In this document: piece after piece, positions 11,368-22,004 of the stretch
Position numbering within the stretch: the stretch's first letter is position 1
Layout of the letters: the number at the start of each line of letters is the position of its first letter
Assembly: GCA_964291395.2 (NCBI GenBank)
Contig: OZ219858.1
Coordinates: forward strand, 224,001 to 288,000
Direction of reading: 5' to 3'
Source of the DNA: Alphaproteobacteria bacterium
GTDB lineage: Bacteria > Pseudomonadota > Alphaproteobacteria > UBA2966
DNA length: 64,000 nt
Made by a program: the position numbers and the translations under genes
The notes under the pieces: generated by a model
Database searches by the model: none
The model's input: only the letters and a program-made list of their open reading frames with translations
Told to the model about the DNA's origin: nothing

Positions 11368-12546
11368 ATGGCATTAAATAGATCGCGTGTCGCGGCGGTT
11401 GGCGCGGCATTGCTCCTCTCGAGTTGTTCATTCGCGACCGACGCGCTGTGGCCGTCGCTTACGGGAGAAAAGCCTTCCGAAGCGCCGCAAGCCCAGGCCT
11501 CCGAACCTGCCGCAAAGCCGATGTCCGCATCCACGCTTGGAACGGGGACGGGAGCGTCGCCCTCACCCCCGGCGCTTGGAACGACAAGTTTCGTTCTGCC
11601 GTCCGTGACGGCGGCCCAGCCTACGGGAACGTTCGTGGGCCAGAAGGTCGGGCAGCTGCGAAGCGAGCTTGAGACCTTGCAGAACAACGTCCGGCAGCGT
11701 AACGACAGCCTGCAGGAAATCCGCCGGACGACGACTCAGAACGCCCAGCGCTATCACGGGACGGTCGCCGCCGTTAACGCGCGATTGCAGCTCGGCACCA
11801 CGCCGGGCAACCCGGTGCTGGTCAGGCAATGGAATACCGCCCAATCGGAATTGGACCGGATCGGTGTCGATATCGCCGCGATGAACAGTCTGGCCAATTC
11901 GGTTGCGGCCGATTCGGCGATGGTATCCTACCTGCTCGAGACGACCCGCGCGACGTACGGTCTGCAAGGGGCTATCGACGAAGATCATCGCCAGCTCGCC
12001 ACCCTGGAGGATGAAACCAACCGGACGCTGGTCTTGATCGACCGATTGCTCAACGAGTTGAGCGAAGACATCAGTCGGCAGACCGCCTATGTCGGCAATG
12101 AACGCCGGAACCTGACGGCAATTTCACTCGCCATCAAGAACGGCGAGTACTACGGACAGAGCCTGTCGAGTCGCGCCTATCTCTCCGCCGCACCCCTTGC
12201 CAGCGCCGCGCCGTCGGGCAGCGACAGCAGCTTCGCCGCGGCCAATCGGCGGCCGCTCGTGGTGATTCGGTTCGACCGCGCGGATGTTCCTTACCAGCAG
12301 GCCTTGTACAACGCGGTTTCACGTGCACTCGAGCGTCGCCCGCAGGCCGCCTTCGAGCTCGTCGCCGTGACGCCCTCTCAGGGCACGGCGGCCGAGAACG
12401 CTCTCAACGCGTCCAAGGTCAAGCGGCATGCCGACGACGTTTTGAGAACGTTGATGGAGATGGGGCTCCCGGCGGACCGGGTCAACCTGTCGTCCACGAC
12501 CAGCGCGGAAGCGGCGACCAACGAAGTGCACATCTACGTGCGATAG
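11368..12546 (+). CDS. Hypothetical lipoprotein with coiled-coil middle and OmpA-like C-terminal domain
   Basis: Lipobox LSSC, Pro/Ala/Ser linker, heptad-rich helices, C-terminal 'PLVVIRFD...DDVLRTLMEMGLPADRV...NEVHIYVR'. Confidence 0.7.
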   Translation: MALNRSRVAAVGAALLLSSCSFATDALWPSLTGEKPSEAPQAQASEPAAKPMSASTLGTGTGASPSPPALGTTSFVLPSVTAAQPTGTFVGQKVGQLRSELETLQNNVRQRNDSLQEIRRTTTQNAQRYHGTVAAVNARLQLGTTPGNPVLVRQWNTAQSELDRIGVDIAAMNSLANSVAADSAMVSYLLETTRATYGLQGAIDEDHRQLATLEDETNRTLVLIDRLLNELSEDISRQTAYVGNERRNLTAISLAIKNGEYYGQSLSSRAYLSAAPLASAAPSGSDSSFAAANRRPLVVIRFDRADVPYQQALYNAVSRALERRPQAAFELVAVTPSQGTAAENALNASKVKRHADDVLRTLMEMGLPADRVNLSSTTSAEAATNEVHIYVR

Positions 12547-12720
12547 GCTCCCCCGCCCTCCTGCGACGGACCTCCGGTCCGCGCCGAGGGAAGCAGGCGT
12601 CAAGCAAACGATACTATGCGGGGTCCGACACGGTAGGTCCGGAAGAGATCGACCGCACAGCCTCGATTGGACGACCGATTCCCCTGACGCCCTCTTCGCC
12701 TGTCCGGCGGGCCGCGGTCG

Positions 12721-14202
12721 TCAGTCCTCCCAATGGACCGCAGCCATGTCGTTCACGAACATCGGCCAGTTCTGCCACAGCCCCTTCAGCTCGCGGCGCG
12801 CAACCCCCGCCTTCGCCAACTGGAACAGAAAACCGTTCACGCAATCCGTCGCCAGCTTGCGCTGCGCCTCCCGGAGATGCGCGTAGCGTTCCTTCGTGTC
12901 GAGGACCGTATCCGCCTTCGCGATGATGTCCCGGAACTCCTGGTTGTCGTACTGGAAGTAATAATCCGGGCTTGCATAGATACTGATGTCGTTCGGCTCT
13001 ACGTGACTCACGATGCTCAGGTCATAGTTCTTCTGTTTGTAGACCACATCCAGCCAGCGCGCCCACTGCACGTTCTCGATGCTCACCTTGATACCCGCCT
13101 TGGCGAGTTGAGCGGCGATGATTTCTCCGCTGCGCCGGGCGTATTCGGGCGGCGGCAGCTGGAGCGTCAGCTCGAGACCGCCTTGGTGTCCGGCTTCCTT
13201 CAACAGGGCGCGCGCCTTGTCCAAATCGTGGGCCCGGAGATCGGTAAGGTCGACGTAGGCTGGATGATGCGGCGGGAAATGACTTCCGATCGGCGTTGCA
13301 TAGCCGAATTCCGACCCGTTGATGATTTCCTCGCGGTTGATGGCATGGGCGATGGCGCAACGGACCCGGACGTCATCGAGCGGCGGCCGTTTGTTGTTCG
13401 TCGAGAGAATGGTCTCGCCCTCGGTCGTTCCCTGGAGGATTTGGAACCGTGGATCGTTTTCGAACTGCTTCAGAGTCTCCAGAGCACCGATGCGCGGGAA
13501 CACGTCGACGTCCCCTGCCATCATCGCCGCCACTTGGGCATTTGCGTCTCCGACGAACTTGAACGTGACTTTGCTCAGCTTGATGTCACCCGGGCTTCGG
13601 TACTGAGGATTCCGTTCGAGAACCACCGAATCACCCTTCGTCCATTTCACGAACTTGAACGGCCCCGTTCCCACGGGATGGGTCGCATTCGTCTCTGCGG
13701 TTTCCGGTGCGACGATAACGGCCGTGCTTTCTCCCAGATTGAACAACAGGAGCGGGTTGGGTTCCTTCAGGCGAATGACGAGAGTCTGCGGGTCGGGAGC
13801 ATCCAAGCTCTCCATGTTCTCGAACCGGCTCTTGCGCTTGTTCGTGCTTTGCTCCGACGCGTTGCGCTCGAACGTGAACTTGACGTCAGCGGAATCGAAA
13901 GCGCTGCCGTCCGAAAACCTGACGCCCTGCCGCAGCTCGAACGTGAAGGTCTTCAAATCATCCGAAACGGTCCAGCCGGTCGCCAGCCCGGGTCCGACCT
14001 CGCCGCGCTCGTCGATGCGCGTCAGTCCCTCAAAGATGTTGTAGAGCGTTATCTGGCTGATCGCCGCGGCGGCGCCCATCGTCGGGTCCAGGCCCGGCGG
14101 TTCGAGGCGCATGCCTACGACGGCGCTGTCTCTGGCCGCCAAAGTGAACTGGGAAATCGTCAGGACGACGACGACGGTCAGACCGCCCAGAATTCCTTTC
14201 AT
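12721..14202 (-). CDS. ABC transporter substrate-binding protein, family 5 (peptide/nickel)
   Basis: Signal peptide; 'LRQGVRFSDGSAFDSADVKFTFER', 'PVGTGPFKF', 'DVRVRCAIAHAINR'. Confidence 0.92.
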   Translation of the reverse strand: MKGILGGLTVVVVLTISQFTLAARDSAVVGMRLEPPGLDPTMGAAAAISQITLYNIFEGLTRIDERGEVGPGLATGWTVSDDLKTFTFELRQGVRFSDGSAFDSADVKFTFERNASEQSTNKRKSRFENMESLDAPDPQTLVIRLKEPNPLLLFNLGESTAVIVAPETAETNATHPVGTGPFKFVKWTKGDSVVLERNPQYRSPGDIKLSKVTFKFVGDANAQVAAMMAGDVDVFPRIGALETLKQFENDPRFQILQGTTEGETILSTNNKRPPLDDVRVRCAIAHAINREEIINGSEFGYATPIGSHFPPHHPAYVDLTDLRAHDLDKARALLKEAGHQGGLELTLQLPPPEYARRSGEIIAAQLAKAGIKVSIENVQWARWLDVVYKQKNYDLSIVSHVEPNDISIYASPDYYFQYDNQEFRDIIAKADTVLDTKERYAHLREAQRKLATDCVNGFLFQLAKAGVARRELKGLWQNWPMFVNDMAAVHWED

Positions 14203-14214
14203 TGGACCCTCCCT

Positions 14215-15222
14215 TTACGCTTCTTCGGTCCCCGCGCGGTGCCGTGACCGGTAACCCGGACTATCCCCCAGAGTTTCCGCCGCGTAAACGCCCCGGGCAA
14301 TGGCGCGGGACAAACAATCTGCGGCCATCATTCCAATCTCCGCCACCTGCTCGGCACCTTCGTGCGGTCCATCGCCCGTGGCAAGCGCAAAAACCGTATC
14401 GCCGTCGAAAGGCGTATGCGCGGGCCGAACCGCGCGGGCGATCCCGTCATGCGCCATCATGGCGACACGCTGCGCTTGCGCGACGTCCAGCCTCGCATTC
14501 GTCGCCACGACGGCGATCGTCGTATTCGCACCCGCTCCCGGGCTGCCATGGGACTCGAAGTCCTTGCCTGCGCTCGACCCACCCGGCCGTCCGCCGCCGA
14601 ACTCGTTGCCGTGCTCGAACGGCCAGGCCCAAAAGGCGTCACTCCCCGGCATCACCACCGATCCGTATGGATTGGCCGCTGCAAGAGCGCCGACCTGCAG
14701 GCCGCTCGGTGATACGGACGACGCGCTTCCCAGGCCGCCCTTGAGATCACCGGCCGTGGCGCCGAGACCGGCGCCGATATTGCCCAGCGGGAACTCCGCG
14801 GAGGCGTTTTCGCACGCCGCCCGAGCAAGTCTTCGGTACGGGGGTGTAGATCCCCATCCCTTGTCGCCCCCGTTCAGCAGGTCGAACAGGATGGCGGCAG
14901 GCACGATGGGCACGCGCGCGTCACCGACCGCGAATCCCCGTCCGCGTTCCCGCAGCCACGCCATCGCGCCGGAAGCGGACTCGAGCCCGAACGCGGATCC
15001 CCCGGACAGGACGATGGCATCGACCCGTTCGACGAGGCACGTTGGATTTAGCGCGTCCGTTTCGCGTGTGCCGGGGGCGCCGCCCCGCACGTCCACGGCA
15101 GCCGTCACTGACCGGTCGGGAAGAACCACGGTGACACCCGTTCTCATCTCGTGGTCTTCAGCGTTGCCGACGCGGACTCCGTCTACGTCCGAGATCAGAT
15201 TATTTGGACCTGGATGATGCAT
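14215..15222 (-). CDS. P1/S58 family peptidase (DmpA-like)
   Basis: 'DVRGGAPGTRET', 'LSGGSAFGL', autoprocessing-type 'ANTTIAVVATNA', 'HTPFDGDTVF'. Confidence 0.9.
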   Translation of the reverse strand: MHHPGPNNLISDVDGVRVGNAEDHEMRTGVTVVLPDRSVTAAVDVRGGAPGTRETDALNPTCLVERVDAIVLSGGSAFGLESASGAMAWLRERGRGFAVGDARVPIVPAAILFDLLNGGDKGWGSTPPYRRLARAACENASAEFPLGNIGAGLGATAGDLKGGLGSASSVSPSGLQVGALAAANPYGSVVMPGSDAFWAWPFEHGNEFGGGRPGGSSAGKDFESHGSPGAGANTTIAVVATNARLDVAQAQRVAMMAHDGIARAVRPAHTPFDGDTVFALATGDGPHEGAEQVAEIGMMAADCLSRAIARGVYAAETLGDSPGYRSRHRAGTEEA

Positions 15223-15261
15223 GCGCCGACCGGGTGATGGCTCAACTACCGGGAGCTTCTC

Positions 15262-16026
15262 TCAGGCGCATGCCAAGATGAAGAGGCGTTTGAACGGAAA
15301 CAGCGTCATCCCGTCGGGCCTTGGTGGATACGCGTCGGAGACGCAACGTTCGTAGTGTCGCAAGAACTCGGCTCGCTCGCCTTCGGTAAGTGCGCCCAGC
15401 AATGGCCGCAATATCGTACCGGACGTCCACTCCACGACCGGCGCTTCGCCCTCGAGCACTTGGTAGTACTCGATTTCCCAGACCTCAACGGTGCTCGCGT
15501 AGGGTTTCAACAGGCCGTAGTAGTGCGCGGGAAGCGCAACCGGGTTCGGACGGGTAAGCGGCAGAAGCCTGTCGCGCCACGGCCCGGCATCGACGGCCTG
15601 CGTGATACAGGTGTGGGACGGCGCCGAAAAGTTTCTCGGCATTTGCACCGCGAGCGTCCCTCCTTTCGCCAGGAACCGCACGAGCCGCGGAAACAGCTGG
15701 TCGTGATGGTCGAGCCAGTGCAGCACGGCATTGGAGACGATGAGATCCGGCGGCGCGTCCGGGCTCCACCATTCGACATCCGCTCGTTGCCAATCGACGC
15801 CGGCCACTTGCTGCCGCGCTCGTTCGAGCATCTCCGGCGAGTCGTCGACGCCGACGATTCGGGAGTTTGGCCAGCGCTCCCGTAGAACCGCCGTGACCAT
15901 GCCGGTGCCGCAGCCGAGATCGACGATCACGTTCGGCGCATCGATTGAAACACGCGCCAGAAGATCGATGGCCGGACGAAGCCGAAGACCGTCGAATTTC
16001 AGATACTGCGCCGGATCCCAGCTCAG
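15262..16026 (-). CDS. tam: Trans-aconitate 2-methyltransferase
   Basis: 'SWDPAQYLKF...RPAIDLL', 'DLGCGTG', 'SNAVLHWL', 'LAVQMP', 'FPFKRLFI'; start may be CTG 16026. Confidence 0.85.
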   Translation of the reverse strand: MSWDPAQYLKFDGLRLRPAIDLLARVSIDAPNVIVDLGCGTGMVTAVLRERWPNSRIVGVDDSPEMLERARQQVAGVDWQRADVEWWSPDAPPDLIVSNAVLHWLDHHDQLFPRLVRFLAKGGTLAVQMPRNFSAPSHTCITQAVDAGPWRDRLLPLTRPNPVALPAHYYGLLKPYASTVEVWEIEYYQVLEGEAPVVEWTSGTILRPLLGALTEGERAEFLRHYERCVSDAYPPRPDGMTLFPFKRLFILACA

Positions 16027-16116
16027 ACGCTCACCCTCCGGCCACCAAACGACCGGGCCGCGTCTCGGCACCATTCGTCGTGCGCGGATTCCAGCCCATG
16101 CCGACACCGCGCCGCA

Positions 16117-17529
16117 TTATGCCTCTGCAAGTTCGACGCGGAATCGCGTCCCTCCGGGACCTGATTCCATGAGTCTGACCTCTCCGCCGTGAGCGCGCGC
16201 GATATCGCGGGCAATGACGAGTCCGAGTCCCGTGCTGCCTTCGCGCTCCGATTTCGCGAAGGCTTTGAAGAGACTCCCCCGCAGCTCATCGGCCAATCCC
16301 GGGCCGTCATCCGTCACATCGACCGAAACCATCCCATTTTCCCGATGCGCCGTGACCTTGACCAGTCCTTCGGCGCCCGAATCCTCGCTTTGGATCGCCC
16401 CCACGGCATTACGTCCGATGTTCAGAAGCGCTCGGAACACCTGCTCGCGGTCCGCCGAGAGCACGAAAGGCGAGTCGATTTCGTTGAACCACTTGATCTC
16501 GCTCTCCTGCGACAGGCCCAGGGACAGTCCGACGTCCTCCACCAGGTCACGAAGATCGAATTCACGTCGATGAATTTTGCCGTCGGCGTGACCGACGAAA
16601 CTCAGGGTATTGCTGCACAGGTCGACGGCACGATCGATCGCCCGAACCAGAGTCGGTGTTACCCGACGGACTTCGGGGTCCGTGCTGTTGACGATTCGGT
16701 CGGAGATCAACTGTGCCGTGGCCAGAATGTTCCTGAGATCATGACTGATCTTGCTCACCGCTGTCCCGAGCGTGGCGAGACGATCCTTCTGCTGAAGCGA
16801 AGCCCTGAGATCGACCTGCATGAGCACCAGTTCGCGCTGCGCCAGGCCGATCTCGTCCTTCCGCGTCGAAGGCACGATCGTACTGCTGACATCTTCGGGG
16901 TGCTCGTGGAATTCCACCATGCTCCGGGTGATTCGCGTCATGGGCCGGACCATGAGCCATTGCAGCGCGACGTAGACCAGACCTGCCGTTATTAGCGAGA
17001 TCATCACCGACAGGCTCATGATGCGCCAGGAGTAGTCGTACATCGCGGACACGAGCGGGGCCTCGTCGAGCACGACCTCGATGACGAGTTCCGGATTTTG
17101 GCGCGAACGCCCGACCACGTGGATGGTGCGGTCCGGTCGTGGGCGCAGTGCATCGAAAGCGTCCCGGATCAGATCGTGCGGCATCGCGTCACTGAGGTAG
17201 TACATGGCATCGATGTTCTTGGGCATGTCGTCAGCCAGTACCAATCGCCGTGCGGTGGGTCCCTTGATGATCACCGTCTTTGCCTGTGCGTGCGACAACA
17301 GCTCCATCGCCAGCTCTTCGCTGACCAGCTTGTCGGGCGTCGCTTCGAGCGCCAGTGACGCGAGTTCCGCAGCTGCAAGCCGTTGCTCCAGATATACCGC
17401 ACGGAAGCGGGAGATCGAGGGCACGAAGATGAGCACCTCGGCAAGCATGACAAAAGCGATGGTGAGCAGGAGCAGTCGCGCCGAAAGGCTGCTTGCCAAC
17501 GGTGGCTGAGTCAGCGGAGTATCCGTCAT
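16117..17529 (-). CDS. HAMP-domain sensor histidine kinase
   Basis: Two TM segments, HAMP, H-box 'ISHDLRNIL', N-box 'NIGRNA', 'DDGPG', 'GTGLGL'-type G2 box. Confidence 0.9.
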   Translation of the reverse strand: MTDTPLTQPPLASSLSARLLLLTIAFVMLAEVLIFVPSISRFRAVYLEQRLAAAELASLALEATPDKLVSEELAMELLSHAQAKTVIIKGPTARRLVLADDMPKNIDAMYYLSDAMPHDLIRDAFDALRPRPDRTIHVVGRSRQNPELVIEVVLDEAPLVSAMYDYSWRIMSLSVMISLITAGLVYVALQWLMVRPMTRITRSMVEFHEHPEDVSSTIVPSTRKDEIGLAQRELVLMQVDLRASLQQKDRLATLGTAVSKISHDLRNILATAQLISDRIVNSTDPEVRRVTPTLVRAIDRAVDLCSNTLSFVGHADGKIHRREFDLRDLVEDVGLSLGLSQESEIKWFNEIDSPFVLSADREQVFRALLNIGRNAVGAIQSEDSGAEGLVKVTAHRENGMVSVDVTDDGPGLADELRGSLFKAFAKSEREGSTGLGLVIARDIARAHGGEVRLMESGPGGTRFRVELAEA

Positions 17530-17721
17530 GTCCTCAACAGTTCGCCGGATCGATCCGGTCGATGCTCCTCGTGCCCACCTTTGCTCGGGACCGGCCGCAA
17601 TCATGTAGGACCCGTTGACCGAACCGCAACCTTCACGGTCCGCTCCGGGTTTCGGCCTCCAACGGGGAAATGGCGGAAGATTTCTCTCCCGCCGCCCGAT
17701 GATCGAGGTTGTGTCGCCCGA

Positions 17722-17750
17722 TTGACTTGAACAGGACGAAACCTTATACA
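17722..17750 (+). promoter_or_regulatory. Sigma-70 promoter of the rpmH operon
   Basis: TTGACT-17 nt-TATACA, about 50 nt upstream of rpmH. Confidence 0.65.
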
Positions 17751-17802
17751 GCGCCCACATTCAGGGCCGCCCCGAGGGGCTTCACCCCATGGAGAATATT
17801 GA

Positions 17803-17937
17803 GTGAAGCGCACCTTTCAGCCGAGCAATCTCGTGCGCAAACGGCGGCACGGATTTCGCAAACGCATGTCGTCGGTCGGTGGTCGCGCTGTTCTCGCGCG
17901 GCGACGGTCGAGAAAACGCAAGCGTCTGTCTGCGTAG
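17803..17937 (+). CDS. rpmH: 50S ribosomal protein L34 (44 aa, below the ORF-track cutoff)
   Basis: Manual translation [44 protein letters not shown]; GTG start, RBS GGAG. Confidence 0.97.
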   Translation: MKRTFQPSNLVRKRRHGFRKRMSSVGGRAVLARRRSRKRKRLSA

Positions 17938-17942
17938 AGTCC

Positions 17943-18329
17943 ATGGCAGCCGGCGTCATACGGCTGAAACGACGGGCGGATTTCCTTAGAATTGCGGGAA
18001 GCGGGCGTAAGAGGGTGACGCCTGGCTTCGTATTGCAGGCTGATCGGACACCAACGGGCACAGCCGCCAAACAGGAAAACCCGGCGATGCGCGTTGGATT
18101 CACCGTGACCCGAAAAGTGGGGAAGGCCGTGGTCAGAAACAGAGCCAAACGACGCCTCAGGGCCATCGCCCAAGAGGTGCTCGCGGGCCATGGCAGGCTC
18201 GGCTACGACTATGTGCTGATCGGCCGACGGAATACGGTGTCGCGGCCCTATGGCGACCTCGTGACCGATTTGAAGTCCGCGTTGTCCGGACTGCACGCGG
18301 ATGGCCCCGCCGTGAGGGACCCGGACTAG
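17943..18329 (+). CDS. rnpA: Ribonuclease P protein component
   Basis: 'RLKRRADF', '[24 protein letters not shown]'; follows rpmH. Confidence 0.95.
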   Translation: MAAGVIRLKRRADFLRIAGSGRKRVTPGFVLQADRTPTGTAAKQENPAMRVGFTVTRKVGKAVVRNRAKRRLRAIAQEVLAGHGRLGYDYVLIGRRNTVSRPYGDLVTDLKSALSGLHADGPAVRDPD

Positions 18330-18339
18330 GTCGGCGCGG

Positions 18340-18600
18340 ATGCGGGGCTTGGCATTCAATCCGCTGCTGCTGGTCCTGGTCGGACTGGTCCGCGCCTACC
18401 GTTGGGGGGTCTCGCCGTTCATCGTCCCGAGTTGCCGATTCGCACCGAGCTGTTCCGAGTACGCCCTGGAAGCACTGATTCGATTCGGAGCCCTGCACGG
18501 CGGATACTTGGCGGTGCGGAGGATTTTGCGGTGCCACCCATGGGGAGGTACCGGATACGACCCGGTTCCCGGGTCACCCCCTCCGATGCCTCGGTGCTGA
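18340..18600 (+). CDS. yidD: Membrane protein insertion efficiency factor
   Basis: '[11 protein letters not shown]', '[17 protein letters not shown]'. Confidence 0.95.
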   Translation: MRGLAFNPLLLVLVGLVRAYRWGVSPFIVPSCRFAPSCSEYALEALIRFGALHGGYLAVRRILRCHPWGGTGYDPVPGSPPPMPRC

Positions 18601-18620
18601 GCAAGATCGGCCAGCCCTAA

Positions 18621-20401
18621 ATGTCGGATCAGAAAAACCTCATCCTGGCGGTCGTGCTGTCCGTCGTCATTCTGATGTTGTGGGACATGATGTACCGGCG
18701 TCCGGCGGTTGATGACCTCGCGCCGCCACCGAGTACGGAGCAGCAGGTGGCGGAAAGGCAGTCGACGGCACCTCAGGCGCCACCGGCCGTCTCACCCGGG
18801 TCGGCGCCGACCGCACCCGCGGCGCCCGGCACGTCCGCCACCGCGCCGATGACGCGTCAGGCGGTTGCGGCCACCGACGATTCGCTGCGCGTGAGTATCG
18901 AAGCGAGCCGCATCGAGGGTTCCATCCGGCTGGAAGGCGCGCGCTTCGACGATCTCCTGCTCTCCGACTACCGCGAGACGATCGGGCCGGACAGCGAGAA
19001 CATCGTGCTGCTGTCACCTGCCGGCACGCCCGATTCGTACTATGTGGAATTCGGCTGGGCCGTCGGGGCGGGGACGAACGCGCCCGTGCCGAATACCACC
19101 ACGCCCTGGCAAGCCAATGGCGACGTTCTGGTGCCGGGGGCACCGATCACGCTCGAGTGGGACAACGGTGGGGGCCTGCTGTTTCAGCGAACCATATCCG
19201 TGGACGAGAACTATCTGATTTCAATTTCGCAGCGCGTCTCGAACGGCAGCACCGCACCCGTCACGCTGCACCCTTACGGTCTGGTCTCGCGCGCGAACCC
19301 ACCGGACACCCTCGGATTCTTCATCCTTCACGAAGGCCCCATCGGGGTCCTCAACGACGATCTCGAGGAGATCGATTACGACGATCTGCAGGACGACGGC
19401 CGGCAGACTATTCACAGCACGGGCGGTTGGCTCGGAATCACGGACAAGTACTGGCTTACCGCGCTCGTTCCCGACCAGTCCGAATCGATCCACACCAGCT
19501 TCAATCACACGGTGGTGGATGGTACCGACCAGTACCAGGTTGATTTTCTCGGCGGACCTCGGGTGATTCCGGCCGGGGGCGCGATCGAGGTTTCGAGTCA
19601 GCTCTTCGCGGGTGCCAAGGAGGTGCACCTGCTGGATACGTACACGGAAACCCAGGGCATTCCGCGGTTCGATCTCGCCGTGGACTTCGGCTGGTTCTAC
19701 TTCCTGACCAAGCCGATCTTTTTCGTGCTCGACTACCTCAACCGGGGGTTGGAGAACTTCGGCCTGGCCATTCTGGTATTCACCGTCATCATCCGCATTC
19801 TGTTCTACCCGCTGGCGAACAAGTCGTTCCGGGCGATGCACGCCATGCGCAAGTTGCAGCCCGAGATGACGAAGATGCGGGAACAGTACGCTGACGATCG
19901 CCAAAAACTTCATCAGGCGATGATGGATCTGTACCGCCGGGAAAAGGTCAATCCGATGGCGGGATGTCTGCCGATCGCCATGCAGATTCCCGTTTATTTT
20001 TCGCCCTGTACAAGGTCCTGTTCGTCACTATCGAGATGCGTCACGCACCCTTCTACGGCTGGATTCAGGACCTGTCCGCGGCCGACCCCACGACCATATT
20101 CAATCTGTTCGGCCTCATTCCCTGGGATCCGCCCCTGTTCCTGCAGATCGGGATCTGGCCGCTCCTCATGGGCGTCTCCATGTTCCTGCAACAGAAGATC
20201 AATCCGCAGCCCGTCGATCCCATACAGGCGAAGATCTTCCTCGCCCTTCCGATCGTGTTCACGTTCGTCTTGGCCCAATTCCCTGCGGGCCTCGTCATCT
20301 ACTGGACGTGGAACAACGTGCTGTCGATGGCGCAGCAATGGATGATCTACAAGCGTGCCGGAATCACCAAGCAACCGGCACAACCCGCAAAACCCACGTA
20401 G
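18621..20401 (+). CDS. yidC: Membrane protein insertase YidC, frameshifted near 19995-20002
   Basis: Frame 1 carries '[10 protein letters not shown]', '[11 protein letters not shown]', '[12 protein letters not shown]'; a second frame continues '[25 protein letters not shown]', '[12 protein letters not shown]'. Confidence 0.92.
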
Positions 20402-20405
20402 CGCC

Positions 20406-21074
20406 ATGACGTCGGCGGTGGAACTTCCGCCGGAGGAGGCCTGGCGCGACGCGGACGCGCTGGAGCGCGGTCGACTGCTGTTCGCGGGACCCTGTGAGTT
20501 CGTCACCGGCGTCGCCGAGCTCGGTCAGTTGCCCGAATCGGGTCTGCCCGAAATCGCCTTCGCCGGGCGATCCAACGTGGGAAAATCGAGCCTCATCAAC
20601 GGCCTGACGAACCGAAAGGCTCTCGCCCGCGCGTCCTCGGCGCCCGGTCGGACACGTCAGATCAACTTTTTCTTACTCCATGAGCGAGTGATGCTGGTCG
20701 ATCTGCCGGGATACGGCTACGCCAAGGCGCCGAGGAGTGAGGCTCGGACCTGGAACAAGCTCGTCAATGCATACCTCGCTGGCCGGCAAACGCTTCTCCG
20801 AACCATCCTGCTCATCGACGCCCGCCACGGCCTGAAACCCGCGGACGATCCTGTGATGGAGCTGCTCGACTCCGCCGCCGTATCCTACCAGGCCGTGATG
20901 ACCAAGTCGGACAAGCTCAAACCTCCGGCGCGGCTCGAGGTTCGGACGGCTACCCTGTCGCAACTGTCGGGACATGCGGCGGCCCACCCAAGCCTTCTGT
21001 TTACCAGCGCCTCCGACGGCGAAGGCTTGCCGGAACTCCGATCCGCGATCGCGGCGCTGGTGGATGGTCCTTGA
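20406..21074 (+). CDS. engB: Ribosome biogenesis GTPase YihA/YsxC
   Basis: 'EIAFAGRSNVGKSSLIN', 'PGRTRQINFF', 'DLPGYGYA', 'TKSDK'. Confidence 0.95.
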   Translation: MTSAVELPPEEAWRDADALERGRLLFAGPCEFVTGVAELGQLPESGLPEIAFAGRSNVGKSSLINGLTNRKALARASSAPGRTRQINFFLLHERVMLVDLPGYGYAKAPRSEARTWNKLVNAYLAGRQTLLRTILLIDARHGLKPADDPVMELLDSAAVSYQAVMTKSDKLKPPARLEVRTATLSQLSGHAAAHPSLLFTSASDGEGLPELRSAIAALVDGP

Positions 21075-21095
21075 TTACTCTATAACCCGCGGCTC

Positions 21096-22004
21096 ATGAG
21101 CCGCACGCGCAAAGACAAGCCCGCATACGACCTCGACACTGCTCGGACGCTGACCGAAGCGCTTCCTTACATGCACCGCTTTGCTCGTCAGACCTTCGTC
21201 ATCAAGTACGGCGGCGCGGCCATGGGCGACGACGCGCTTCGGAGCGCGTTCGCGTCGGACATCGTTTTGCTCAAGCAGGTCGGCATCAACCCCGTCGTGG
21301 TCCACGGGGGCGGGCCGCAGATTGGCGCGATGCTCGACCGCCTCAAGATCAAGAGCTCGTTTGTCGACGGCCTGCGCGTCACCGACGGCGCGACCGTCGA
21401 GATCGTCGAAATGGTTCTGTCGGGATCCATCAACAAGCAGATCGTCGCTGCGATCAATGAAGCCGGCGGCACGGCGGTGGGACTGTCTGGAAAAGACGGT
21501 CGGCTCATAACGGCCAAGCGGTTGAGACGGCGGAAACGGGACCCCGATTCGAACATCGAGCGCGTTCTCGATCTGGGATTCGTGGGAGAACCCACCGAGG
21601 TCAACGGTGCCGTGCTCGAGTCTCTGGCGGCCAGCTCCGTCATCCCCGTCATCGCCCCCATCGCGTCGGGGCGGACAGGCGAGACCTTCAACATCAATGC
21701 CGATACGGCGGCCGGCGCCATCGCGGGCGCCCTCAGCGCGAGCAAGTTGATCATGTTGACGGACGTCCCGGGCGTTCTGGACAAACGGGGCGATCTGATC
21801 AGCGAGTTGACGCCTGCTCAGGCCAGGCGCCTCATCTCGGGCAAAACAGTGTCGGGCGGCATGATCCCCAAGGTTGAGACCTGCCTGACCGCAATCGGGT
21901 CGGGGTGCGGCGCCGCTCACGTCCTGGATGGCCGGGTCCCCCATACGCTCTTGCTCGAAATCTTCACGGAGCAGGGAATCGGTACCAAGATCTATGGCAA
22001 GTAG
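21096..22004 (+). CDS. argB: Acetylglutamate kinase
   Basis: 'VIKYGGAAM', 'VVHGGGPQI', 'GLRVTD', 'NINADT', 'GGMIPK'. Confidence 0.96.
   Translation: MSRTRKDKPAYDLDTARTLTEALPYMHRFARQTFVIKYGGAAMGDDALRSAFASDIVLLKQVGINPVVVHGGGPQIGAMLDRLKIKSSFVDGLRVTDGATVEIVEMVLSGSINKQIVAAINEAGGTAVGLSGKDGRLITAKRLRRRKRDPDSNIERVLDLGFVGEPTEVNGAVLESLAASSVIPVIAPIASGRTGETFNINADTAAGAIAGALSASKLIMLTDVPGVLDKRGDLISELTPAQARRLISGKTVSGGMIPKVETCLTAIGSGCGAAHVLDGRVPHTLLLEIFTEQGIGTKIYGK

Noticed and set aside
12733-14247. Long antisense ORFs (also 6824-8353, 23613-25019, 39403-40893, 47414-48628, 60420-61505)
   Set aside because: They mirror well-supported genes on the other strand and have no motifs; expected shadows of GC-rich codon usage.
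17709-18329. 206-aa ORF as an extended RnpA
   Set aside because: The extension overlaps rpmH in another frame; the real start is ATG 17943.
17530-21074. rpmH-rnpA-yidD-yidC as a marker of oriC
   Set aside because: No dnaA or DnaA-box cluster nearby; this cluster is normally detached from the origin in alphaproteobacteria.
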